In this document: positions 13,210 to 25,300 of the stretch, in pieces | Layout of the letters: every line of letters starts with the position of its first letter | Numbering within the stretch: the stretch's first letter is position 1 | DNA from: Utricularia gibba | Taxonomy: Eukaryota > Plantae > Magnoliophyta | NCBI GenBank assembly: GCA_002189035.1 | Contig: NEEC01000496.1 | Location: 1 to 27,476, forward strand | Length of the DNA: 27,476 nucleotides | Direction: 5' to 3' | Notes under the pieces: model-generated | What the model was told of the DNA's origin: nothing | Databases searched by the model: none | The model's input: the letters and a program-made list of their open reading frames with translations, nothing else | Program-made: the position numbers and the translations under genes

Positions 13210-13344
13210 GTGATATCGTAATTTAAACAAAGGCATCATTTTCTTTAATCGATTTCCATCCGGTTGACCTCATGAGCCATACAGAATCGGGGTCAAGGAC
13301 CAAGTTCCAGCGAGACTGGCCGCCACAAAACGAGAAGCTGTTCC
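13186..13344 (+). repeat. Subunit B (~160 bp) of the dimeric unit
   Basis: Begins TTGAAAAAATCATGTGGGGTGC and is homologous to subunit A along its length by manual alignment. Confidence 0.8.
13264..13296. repeat. Inverted repeat TTGACC ... GGTCAA (once per unit)
   Basis: TTGACC at 13264-13269 and GGTCAA at 13291-13296, extendable to 8 bp with one G-T/U wobble. Confidence 0.7.
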
Positions 13345-16300
13345 TTGAAAAACCATGTAGGCAGCCCCCAAAACTGAACGTTAATAAATACATCACTTTA
13401 TTTTCCGAGCTACAACTAACTCTCGGCGCAAGCCAAACCTGACCTTTGTCCCGTTCTAGGTGCACCCCAAGACCGCCTCCTCAAGTATAAAGTAAGTTGT
13501 TGAAAAAATCATGTGGGGTGCACGTGATATCGTAATTTAAACAAAGGCATCATTTTCTTTAATCGATTTGCATCCGGTTGACCTCATGAGCCATACAGAA
13601 TCGGGGTCAAGGACCAAGTTCCCAGCGAGACTGGCCGCCACAAAACGAGAAGCTGTTCCTTGAAAAACCATGTAGGCAGCCCCCAAAACTGAACGTTAAT
13701 AAATACATCACTTTATTTTCCGAGCTACAACTAACTCTCGGCGCAAGCCAAACCTGACCTTTGTCCCGTTCTAGGTGCACCCCAAGACCGCCTCCTCAAG
13801 TATAAAGTAAGTTGTTGAAAAAATCATGTGGGGTGCACGTGATATCGTAATTTAAACAAAGGCATCATTTTTTTAATCGATTTCCATCCGGTTGACCTCA
13901 TGAGCCATACAGAATCGGGGTCAAGGACCAAGTTCCCAGCGAGACTGGCCGCCACAAAACGAGAAGCTGTTCCTTGAAAAACCATGTAGGCAGCCCCCAA
14001 AACTGAACGTTAATAAATACATCACTTTATTTTCCGAGCTACAACTAACTCTCGCGCAAGCCAAACCTGACCTTTGTCCCGTTCTAGGTGCACCCCAAGA
14101 CCGCCTCCTCAAGTATAAAGTAAGTTGTTGAAAAAATCATGTGGGGTGCACGTGATATCGTAATTTAAACAAAGGCATCATTTTTTTAATCGATTTGCAT
14201 CCGGTTGACCTCATGAGCATACAGAATCGGGGTCAAGGACCAAGTTCCCAGCGAGACTGGCCGCCACAAAACGAGAAGCTGTTCCTTGAAAAACCATGTA
14301 GGCAGCCCCCAAAACTGAACGTTAATAAATACATCACTTTATTTTCCGAGCTACAACTAACTCTCGGCGCAAGCCAAACCTGACCTTTGTCCCGTTCTAG
14401 GTGCACCCAAGACCGCCTCCTCAAGTATAAAGTAAGTTGTTGAAAAAATCATGTGGGGTGCACGTGATATCGTAATTTAAACAAAGGCATCATTTTTTTT
14501 AATCGATTTCCATCCGGTTGACCTCATGAGCATACAGAATCGGGGTCAAGGACCAAGTTCCCAGCGAGACTGGCCGCCACAAAACGAGAAGCTGTTCCTT
14601 GAAAAACCATGTAGGCAGCCCCCAAAACTGAACGTTAATAAATACATCACTTTATTTGCCGAGCTACAACTAACTCTCGGCGCAAGCCAAACCTGACCTT
14701 TGTCCCGTTCTAGGTGCACCCAAGACCGCCTCCTCAAGTATAAAGTAAGTTGTTGAAAAAATCATGTGGGGTGCACGTGATATCGTAATTTAAACAAAGG
14801 CATCATTTTCTTTAATCGATTTCATCCGGTTGACCTCATGAGCCATACAGAATCGGGGTCAAGGACCAAGTTCCCAGCGAGACTGGCCGCCACAAAACGA
14901 GAAGCTGTTCCTTGAAAAACCATGTAGGCAGCCCCCAAAACTGAACGTTAATAAATACATCACTTTATTTGCCGAGCTACAACTAACTCTCGGCGCAAGC
15001 CAAACCTGACCTTTGTCCCGTTCTAGGTGCACCCCAAGACCGCCTCCTCAAGTATAAAGTAAGTTGTTGAAAAAATCATGTGGGGTGCACGTGATATCGT
15101 AATTTAAACAAAGGCATCATTTTTTTTAATCAATTTGCATCCGGTTGACCTCATGAGCAATACATAATCGGGGTCAAGGACCAAGTTCCCAGCGAGACTG
15201 GCCGCCACAAAACGAGAAGCTGTTCCTTGAAAAACCATGTAGGCAGCCCCCAAAACTGAACGTTAATAAATACATCACTTTATTTTCCGAGCTACAACTA
15301 ACTCTCGGCGCAAGCCAAACCTGACCTTTGTCCCGTTCTAGGTGCACCCCAAGACCGCCTCCTCAAGTATAAAGTAAGTTGTTGAAAAAATCATGTGGGG
15401 TGCACGTGATATCGTAATTAAACAAAGGCATCATTTTTTTAATCGATTTGCATCCGGTTGACCTCATGAGCATACAGAATCGGGGTCAAGGACCAAGTTC
15501 CCAGCGAGACTGGCCGCCACAAAACGAGAAGCTGTTCCTTGAAAAACCATGTAGGCAGCCCCAAAACTGAACGTTAATAAATACATCACTTTATTTTCCG
15601 AGCTACAACTAACTCTCGCAAAGCCAAACCTGACCTTTGTCCCGTTCTAGGTGCACCCCAAGACCGCCTCCTCAAGTATAAAGTAAGTTGTTGAAAAAAT
15701 CATGTGGGGGCACGTGATATCGTAATTTAAACAAAGGCATCATTTTTTTTTAATCGATTTGCATCCGGTTGACCTCATGAGCAATACATAATCGGGGTCA
15801 AGGACCAAGTTCCCAGCGAGACTGGCCGCCACAAAACGAGAAGCTGTTCCTTGAAAAACCATGTAGGCAGCCCCCAAAACTGAACGTTAATAAATACATC
15901 ACTTTATTTCCGAGCTACAACTAACTCTCGGCGCAAGCCAAACCTGACCTTTGTCCCGTTCTAGGCACTCCCAAGACCGCCTCCTCAAGTATAAAGCAAG
16001 TTGTTGAAAAAATCATGTGGGGTGCACGTGATATCGTAATTTAAAGAAAGGCATCATTTTCTTTAATCGATTTCCATCCGGTTGACCTCATGAGCCATAC
16101 AGAATCGGGGTCAAGGACCAAGTTCCCAGCGAGACTGGCCGCCAAAACGAGAAGCTGTTCCTTGAAAAACCATGTAGGCAGCCCCCAAAAACTGAACGTT
16201 AATAAATACATCACTTTATTTCCGAGCTACAACTAACTCTCGGCGCAAGCCAAACCTGACCTTTGTCCCGTTCTAGGTGCACCCCAAGACCGCCTCCTCA

Positions 16301-19300
16301 AGTATAAAGTAAGTTGTTGAAAAAATCATGTGGGGTGCACGTGATATCGTAATTTAAACAAAGGCATCATTTTTTTTAATCGATTTGCATCCGGTTGACC
16401 TCATGAGCCATACAGAATCGGGGTCAAGGACCAAGTTCCCAGCGAGACTGGCCGCCACAAAACGAGAAGCTGTTCCTTGAAAAACCATGTAGGCAGCCCC
16501 AAAACTGAACGTTAATAAATACATCACTTTATTTTCCGAGCTACAACTAACTCTCGGCGCAAGCCAAACCTGACCTTTGTCCGTTCTAGGTGCACCCCAA
16601 GACCGCCTCCTCAATATAAAGTAAGTTGTTGAAAAAATCATGTGGGGTGCACGTGATATCGTAATTTAAACAAAGGCATCATTTTTTAATCGATTTGCAT
16701 CCGGTTGACCTCATGAGCCATACAGAATCGGGGTCAAGGACCAAGTTCCCAGCGAGACTGGCCGCCAAAACGAGAAGCTGTTCCTTGAAAAAGGCAGCCC
16801 CCAAAACTGAACGTTAATAAATACATCACTTTATTTCCGAGCTACAACTAACTCTCGGCGCAAGCCAAACCTGACCTTTGTCCCGTTCTAGGTGCACCCC
16901 AAGACCGCCTCCTCAAGTATAAAGTAAGTTGTTGAAAAAATCATGTGGGGTGCACGTGATATCGTAATTTAAACAAAGGCATCATTTTTTTTAATCGATT
17001 TCATCCGGTTGACCTCATGAGCCATACAGAATCGGGGTCAAGGACCAAGTTCCCAGCGAGACTGGCCGCCACAAAACGAGAAGCTGTTCCTTGAAAAACC
17101 ATGTAGGCAGCCCCCAAAAACTGAACGTTAATAAATACATCACTTTATTTGCCGAGCTACAACTAACTCTCGGCGCAAGCCAAACCTGACCTTTGTCCCG
17201 TTCTAGGTGCACCCCAAGACCGCCTCCTCAAGTATAAAGTAAGTTGTTGAAAAAATCATGTGGGGTGCACGTGATATCGTAATTTAAAGAAAGGCATCAT
17301 TTTCTTTAATCGATTTCCATCCGGTTGACCTCATGAGCCATACAGAATCGGGGGGACCAAGTTCCCAGCGAGACTGGCCGCCACAAAACGAGAAGCTGTT
17401 CCTTGAAAAACCATGTAGGCAGCCCCAAAACTGAACGTTAATAAATACATCACTTTATTTTCCGAGCTACAACTAACTCTCGGCGCAAGCCAAACCTGAC
17501 CTTTGTCCCGTTCTAGGTGCACCCAAGACCGCCTCCTCAAGTATAAAGTAAGTTGTTGAAAAAATCATGTGGGGTGCACGTGATATCGTAATTTAAAAAA
17601 GGCATCATTTTTTTAATCATTTGCATCCGGTTGACCTCATGAGCCATACATAATCGGGGTCAAGGACCAAGTTCCCAGCGAGACTGGCCGCCACAAAACG
17701 AGAAGCTGTTCCTTGAAAAACCATGTAGGCAGCCCCCAAAACTGAACGTTAATAAATACATCACTTTATTTTCCGAGCTACAACTAACTCTCGGCGCAAG
17801 CCAAACCTGACCTTTGTCCCGTTCTAGGTGCACCCCAAGACCGCCTCCTCAAGTATAAAGCAAGTTGTTGAAAAAATCATGTGGGGTGCACGTGATATCG
17901 TAATTTAAACAAAGGCATCATTTTTTTAATCGATTTCCATCCGGTTGACCTCATGAGCCATACAGAATCGGGGTCAAGGACCAAGTTCCCAGCGAGACTG
18001 GCCGCCACAAAACGAGAAGCTGTTCCTTGAAAAACCATGTAGGCAGCCCCCAAAACTGAACGTTAATAAATACATCACTTTATTTTCCGAGCTACAACTA
18101 ACTCTCGGCGCAAGCCAAACCTGACCTTTGTCCCGTTCTAGGTGCACCCCAAGACCGCCTCCTCAAGTATAAAGTAAGTTGTTGAAAAAATCATGTGGGG
18201 TGCACGTGATATCGTAATTTAAAGAAAGGCATCATTTTTTTAATCGATTTCCATCCGGTTGACCTCATGAGCCATACAGAATCGGGGTCAAGGACCAAGT
18301 TCCCAGCGAGACTGGCCGCCACAAAACGAGAAGCTGTTCCTTGAAAAACCATGTAGGCAGCCCCCAAAACTGAACGTTAATAAATACATCACTTTATTTT
18401 CCGAGCTACAACTAACTCTCGGCGCAAGCCAAACCTGACCTTTGTCCCGTTCTAGGTGCACCCCAAGACCGCCTCCTCAAGTATAAAGTAAGTTGTTGAA
18501 AAAATCATGTGGGGTGCACGTGATATCGTAATTTAAACAAAGGCATCATAATCGATTTGCATCCGGTTGACCTCATGAGCATACAGAATCGGGGTCAAGG
18601 ACCAAGTTCCCAGCGAGACTGGCCGCCACAAAACGAGAAGCTGTTCCTTGAAAAACCATGTAGGCAGCCCCCAAAACTGAACGTTAATAAATACATCACT
18701 TTATTTTCCGAGCTACAACTAACTCTCGCGCAAGCCAAACCTGACCTTTGTCCCGTTCTAGGTGCACCCCAAGACCGCCTCCTCAAGTATAAAGTAAGTT
18801 GTTGAAAAAATCATGTGGGGTGCACGTGATATCGTAATTTAAACAAAGGCATCATTTTTTAATCGATTTCCATCCGGTTGACCTCATGAGCCATACAGAA
18901 TCGGGGTCAGGACCAAGTTCCCAGCGAGACTGGCCGCCACAAAACGAGAAGCTGTTCCTTGAAAAACCATGTAGGCAGCCCCAAAAACTGAACGTTAATA
19001 AATACATCACTTTATTTTCCGAGCTACAACTAACTCTCGGCGCAAGCCAAACCTGACCTTTGTCCCGTTCTAGGTGCACCCCAAGACCGCCTCCTCAAGT
19101 ATAAAGTAAGTTGTTGAAAAAATCATGTGGGGTGCACGTGATATCGTAATTTAAACAAAGGCATCATTTTTTTAATCGATTTGCATCCGGTTGACCTCAT
19201 GAGCATACAGAATCGGGGTCAAGGACCAAGTTCCCAGCGAGACTGGCCGCCACAAAACGAGAAGCTGTTCCTTGAAAAACCATGTAGGCAGCCCCCAAAA

Positions 19301-22300
19301 CTGAACGTTAATAAATACATCACTTTATTTTCCGAGCTACAACTAACTCTCGGCGCAAGCCAAACCTGACCTTTGTCCCGTTCTAGGTGCACCCAAGACC
19401 GCCTCCTCAAGTATAAAGTAAGTTGTTGAAAAAATCATGTGGGGTGCACGTGATATCGTAATTTAAACAAAGGCATCATTTTTTTTAATCAATTTGCATC
19501 CGGTTGACCTCATGAGCAATACATAATCGGGTCAAGGACCAAGTTCCCAGCGAGACTGGCCGCCACAAAACGAGAAGCTGTTCCTTGAAAAACCATGTAG
19601 GCAGCCCCCAAAACTGAACGTTAATAAATACATCACTTTATTTTCCGAGCTACAACTAACTCTCGGCGCAAGCCAAACCTGACCTTTGTCCCGTTCTAGG
19701 TGCACCCCAAGACCCCTCCTCAAGTATAAAGTAAGTTGTTGAAAAAATCATGTGGGGTGCACGTGATATCGTAATTTAAACAAAGGCATCATTTTTTTAA
19801 TCATTTGCATCCGGTTGACCTCATGAGCATACAGAATCGGGGTCAAGGACCAAGTTCCCAGCGAGACTGGCCGCCACAAAACGAGAAGCTGTTCCTTGAA
19901 AAACCATGTAGGCAGCCCCCAAAAACTGAACGTTAATAAATACATCACTTTATTTTCCGAGCTACAACTAACTCTCGGCGCAAGCCAAACCTGACCTTTG
20001 TCCCGTTCTAGGTGCACCCCAAGACCGCCTCCTCAAGTATAAAGCAAGTTGTTGAAAAAATCATGTGGGTGCACGTGATATCGTAATTTAAACAAAGGCA
20101 TCATTTTTTTAATCGATTTGCATCCGGTTGACCTCATGAGCCATACAGAATCGGGGTCAAGGACCAAGTTCCCAGCGAGACTGGCCGCCACAAAACGAGA
20201 AGCTGTTCCTTGAAAAACCATGTAGGCAGCCCCCAAAAACTGAACGTTAATAAATACATCACTTTATTTCCGAGCTACAACTAACTCTCGGCGCAAGCCA
20301 AACCTGACCTTTGTCCCGTTCTAGGTGCACCCCAAGACCGCCTCCTCAAGTATAAAGCAAGTTGTTGAAAAAATCATGTGGGGTGCACGTGATATCGTAA
20401 TTTAAACAAAGGCATCATTTTCTTTAATCGATTTCATCCGGTTGACCTCATGAGCCATACAGAATCGGGGTCAAGGACCAAGTTCCCAGCGAGACTGGCC
20501 GCCACAAAACGAGAAGCTGTTCCTTGAAAAACCATGTAGGCAGCCCCAAAAACTGAACGTTAATAAATACATCACTTTATTTTCCGAGCTACAACTAACT
20601 CTCGGCGCAAGCCAAACCTGACCTTTGTCCCGTTCTAGGTGCACCCCAAGACCGCCTCCTCAAGTATAAAGTAAGTTGTTGAAAAAATCATGTGGGGTGC
20701 ACGTGATATCGTAATTTAAACAAAGGCATCATTTTTTTTAATCAATTTGCATCCGGTTGACCTCATGAGCAATACATAATCGGGGTCAAGGACCAAGTTC
20801 CCAGCGAGACTGGCCGCACAAAACGAGAAGCTGTTCCTTGAAAAACCATGTAGGCAGCCCCCAAAACTGAACGTTAATAAATACATCACTTTATTTTCCG
20901 AGCTACAACTAACTCTCGGCGCAAGCCAAACCTGACCTTTGTCCCGTTCTAGGTGCACCCCAAGACCGCCTCCTCAAGTATAAAGTAAGTTGTTGAAAAA
21001 ATCATGTGGGGTGCACGTGATATCGTAATTTAAACAAAGGCATCATTTTTTTAATCGATTTGCATCCGGTTGACCTCATGAGCAATACATAATCGGGTCA
21101 AGGACCAAGTTCCCAGCGAGACTGGCCGCCACAAAACGAGAAGCTGTTCCTTGAAAAACCATGTAGGCAGCCCCCAAAACTGAACGTTAATAAATACATC
21201 ACTTTATTTGCCGAGCTACAACTAACTCTCGGCGCAAGCCAAACCTGACCTTTGTCCCGTTCCAGGTGCACCCCAAGACCGCCTCCTCAAGTATAAAGTA
21301 AGTTGTTGAAAAAATCATGTGGGGTGCACGTGATATCGTAATTTAAACAAAGGCATCATTTTTTTAATCGATTTGCATCCGGTTGACCTCATGAGCCATA
21401 CAGAATCGGGGTCAAGGACCAAGTTCCCAGCGAGACTGGCCGCCACAAAACGAGAAGCTGTTCCTTGAAAAACCATGTAGGCAGCCCCCAAAACTGAACG
21501 TTAATAAATACATCACTTTATTTGCCGAGCTACAACTAACTCTCGGCGCAAGCCAAACCTGACCTTTGTCCCGTTCTAGGTGCACCCCAAGACCGCCTCC
21601 TCAAGTATAAAGTAAGTTGTTGAAAAATCATGTGGGGTGCACGTGATATCGTAATTTAAACAAGGCATCATTTTTTTTAATCATTTGCATCCGGTTGACC
21701 TCATGAGCATACATAATCGGGGTCAAGGACCAAGTTCCCAGCGAGACTGGCCGCCACAAAACGAGAAGCTGTTCCTTGAAAAACCATGTAGGCAGCCCCC
21801 AAAACTGAACGTTAATAAATACATCACTTTATTTTCCGAGCTACAACTAACTCTCGGCGCAAGCCAAACCTGACCTTTGTCCCGTTCTAGGTGCACCCCA
21901 AGACCGCCTCCTCAAGTATAAAGTAAGTTGTTGAAAAAATCATGTGGGGTGCACGTGATATCGTAATTTAAACAAAGGCATCATTTTTTTAATCGATTTC
22001 ATCCGGTTGACCTCATGAGCCATACAGAATCGGGGTCAAGGACCAAGTTCCCAGCGAGACTGGCCGCCACAAAACGAGAAGCTGTTCCTTGAAAAACCAT
22101 GTAGGCAGCCCCCAAAACTGAACGTTAATAAATACATCACTTTATTTGCCGAGCTACAACTAACTCTCGGCAAGCCAAACCTGACCTTTGTCCCGTTCTA
22201 GGTGCACCCCAAGACCGCCTCCTCAAGTATAAAGTAAGTTGTTGAAAAAATCATGTGGGGTGCACGTGATATCGTAATTTAAACAAAGGCATCATTTTTT

Positions 22301-25300
22301 AATCGATTTGCATCCGGTTGACCTCATGAGCATACAGAATCGGGGTCAAGGACCAAGTTCCCAGCGAGACTGGCCGCCACAAAACGAGAAGCTGTTCCTT
22401 GAAAAACCATGTAGGCAGCCCCCAAAAACTGAACGTTAATAAATACATCACTTTATTTTCCGAGCTACAACTAACTCTCGGCGCAAGCCAAACCTGACCT
22501 TTGTCCCGTTCTAGGTGCACCCCAAGACCGCCTCCTCAAGTATAAAGTAAGTTGTTGAAAAAATCATGACGTGATATCGTAATTTAAACAAAGCATCATT
22601 TTTTTTAATCGATTTGCATCCGGTTGACCTCATGAGCAATACATAATCGGGTCAAGGACCAAGTTCCCAGCGAGACTGGCCGCCACAAAACGAGAAGCTG
22701 TTCCTTGAAAAACCATGTAGGCAGCCCCAAAACTGAACGTTAATAAATACATCACTTTATTTTCCGAGCTACAACTAACTCTCGGCGCAAGCCAAACCTG
22801 ACCTTTGTCCCGTTCTAGGTGCACCCCAAGACCGCCTCCTCAAGTATAAAGTAAGTTGTTGAAAAATCATGTGGGGTGCACGTGATATCGTAATTTAAAC
22901 AAGGCATCATTTTTTTTAATCGATTTGCATCCGGTTGACCTCATGAGCATACATAATCGGGGTCAAGGACCAAGTTCCCAGCGAGACTGGCCGCCACAAA
23001 ACGAGAAGCTGAAAACCATGTAGGCAGCCCCCAAAAACTGAACGTTAATAAATACATCACTTTATTTGCCGAGCTACAACTAACTCTCGGCGCAAGCCAA
23101 ACCTGACCTTTGTCCCGTTCCAGGTGCACCCCAAGACCGCCTCCTCAAGTATAAAGCAAGTTGTTGAAAAAAACGTGATATCGTAATTTAAACAAAGGCA
23201 TCATTTTTTTAATCGATTTGCATCCGGTTGACCTCATGAGCCATACAGAATCGGGGTCAAGGACCAAGTTCCAGCGAGACTGGCCGCCACAAAACGAGAA
23301 GCTGTTCCTTGAAAAACCATGTAGGCAGCCCCCAAAAACTGAACGTTAATAAATACATCACTTTATTTGCCGAGCTACAACTAACTCTCGGCGCAAGCCA
23401 AACCTGACCTTTGTCCCGTTCTAGGTGCACCCAAGACCGCCTCCTCAAGTATAAAGTAAGTTGTTGAAAAAATCATGTGGGGTGCACGTGATATCGTAAT
23501 TTAAACAAAGGCATCATTTTCTTTAATCGATTTCATCCGGTTGACCTCATGAGCCATACAGAATCGGGGTCAAGGACCAAGTTCCCAGCGAGACTGGCCG
23601 CCACAAAACGAGAAGCTGTTCCTTGAAAAACCATGTAGGCAGCCCCCAAAACTGAACGTTAATAAATACATCACTTTATTTTCCGAGCTACAACTAACTC
23701 TCGCAAGCCAAACCTGACCTTTGTCCCGTTCTAGGTGCACCCCAAGACCGCCTCCTCAAGTATAAAGTAAGTTGTTGAAAAAATCATGTGGGGTGCACGT
23801 GATATCGTAATTTAAACAAAGGCATCATTTTTTTAATCGATTTGCATCCGGTTGACCTCATGAGCAATACATAATCGGGGTCAAGGACCAAGTTCCCAGC
23901 GAGACTGGCCGCCACAAAACGAGAAGCTGTTCCTTGAAAAACCATGTAGGCAGCCCCCAAAAACTGAACGTTAATAAATACATCACTTTATTTTCCGAGC
24001 TACAACTAACTCTCCGCAAGCCAAACCTGACCTTTGTCCCGTTCTAGGTGCACCCCAAGACCGCCTCCTCAAGTATAAAGTAAGTTGTTGAAAAAATCAT
24101 GTGGGGTGCACGTGATATCGTAATTTAAAAAGGCATCATTTTTTAATCGATTTGCATCCGGTTGACCTCATGAGCATACAATCGGGGTCAAGGACCAAGT
24201 TCCCAGCGAGACTGGCCGCCACAAAACGAGAAGCTGTTCCTTGAAAAACCATGTAGGCAGCCCCCAAAACTGAACGTTAATAAATACATCACTTTATTTG
24301 ACAACTAACTCTCGGCGCAAGCCAAACCTGACCTTTGTCCCGTTCCAGGTGCACCCAAGACCGCCTCCCAAGTATAAAGCAAGTTGTTGAAAAAATCATG
24401 TGGGGTGCACGTGATATCGTAATTTAAAGAAAGGCATCATTTTTTTAATCGATTTGCATCCGGTTGACCTCATGAGCCATACAGAATCGGGGTCAGGACC
24501 AAGTTCCAGCGAGACTGGCCGCCACAAAACGAGAAGCTGTTCCTTGAAAAACCATGTAGGCAGCCCCCAAAACTGAACGTTAATAAACATCACCCGAGCT
24601 ACAACTAACTCTCGGCGCAAGCCAAACCTGACCTTTGTCCCGTTCTAGGTGCACCCCAAGACCGCCTCCTCAAGTATAAAGCAAGTTGTTGAAAAAATCA
24701 TGTGGGGTGCACGTGATATCGTAATTTAAAGAAAGGCATCATTTTTTTAATCGATTTGCATCCGGTTGACCTCATGAGCATACATAATCGGGGTCAAGGA
24801 CCAAGTTCCCAGCGAGACTGGCCGCCACAAAACGAGAAGCTGTTCCTTGAAAAACCATGTAGGCAGCCCCCAAAACTGAACGTTAATAAATACATCACTT
24901 TATTTTCCGAGCTACAACTAACTCTCGCGCAAGCCAAACCTGACCTTTGTCCCGTTAGGTGCACCCCAAGACCGCCTCCTCAAGTATAAAGTAAGTTGTT
25001 GAAAAAATCATGTGGGGTGCACGTGATATCGTAATTTAAACAAAGGCATCATTTTTTTAATCGATTTGCATCCGGTTGACCTCATGAGCCATACAGAATC
25101 GGGGTCAAGGACCAAGTTCCCAGCGAGACTGGCCGCCACAAAACGAGAAGCTGTTCCTTGAAAAACCATGTAGGCAGCCCCCAAAACTGAACGTTAATAA
25201 ATACATCACTTTTTTCCCGAGCTACAACTAACTCTCGCGCAAGCCAAACCTGACCTTTGTCCCGTTCTAGGTGCACCCCAAGACCGCCTCCTCAAGTATA

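Larger units (their letters stand above)
12982..13296 (+). repeat. Representative 315-bp unit (copy 43)
   Basis: Consensus-like copy with no obvious dropouts. Manual count gives C=82 and G=61 (45% GC) and 14 CpG versus ~16 expected (o/e ~0.9). Confidence 0.95.

Noticed and set aside
13276-13292. CENP-B box near AATCGGGG
   Set aside because: The required TTCG of NTTCGNNNNANNCGGGN is absent on both strands.
12982-13296. Never-ending ORF in a concatemer (DRT2/Neo-like rolling-circle cDNA), suggested by 315 being a multiple of 3
   Set aside because: All six frames of the consensus contain stop codons (e.g. + frame ...GASQT-TGA; minus frames end ELGP*, ILYGS*, DAFV*). No reverse transcriptase is present, and the copies carry distinct haplotypes.
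12982-13296. Hammerhead or HDV-like ribozyme as in newt, schistosome or cricket satellites
   Set aside because: No CUGANGA core on either strand (the only CTGA contexts are CTGAACG and CTGACCT). The CCTCCTC resemblance to the HDV ribozyme has no P1-P4 pairing that I can build. An Infernal/Rfam scan would be definitive.
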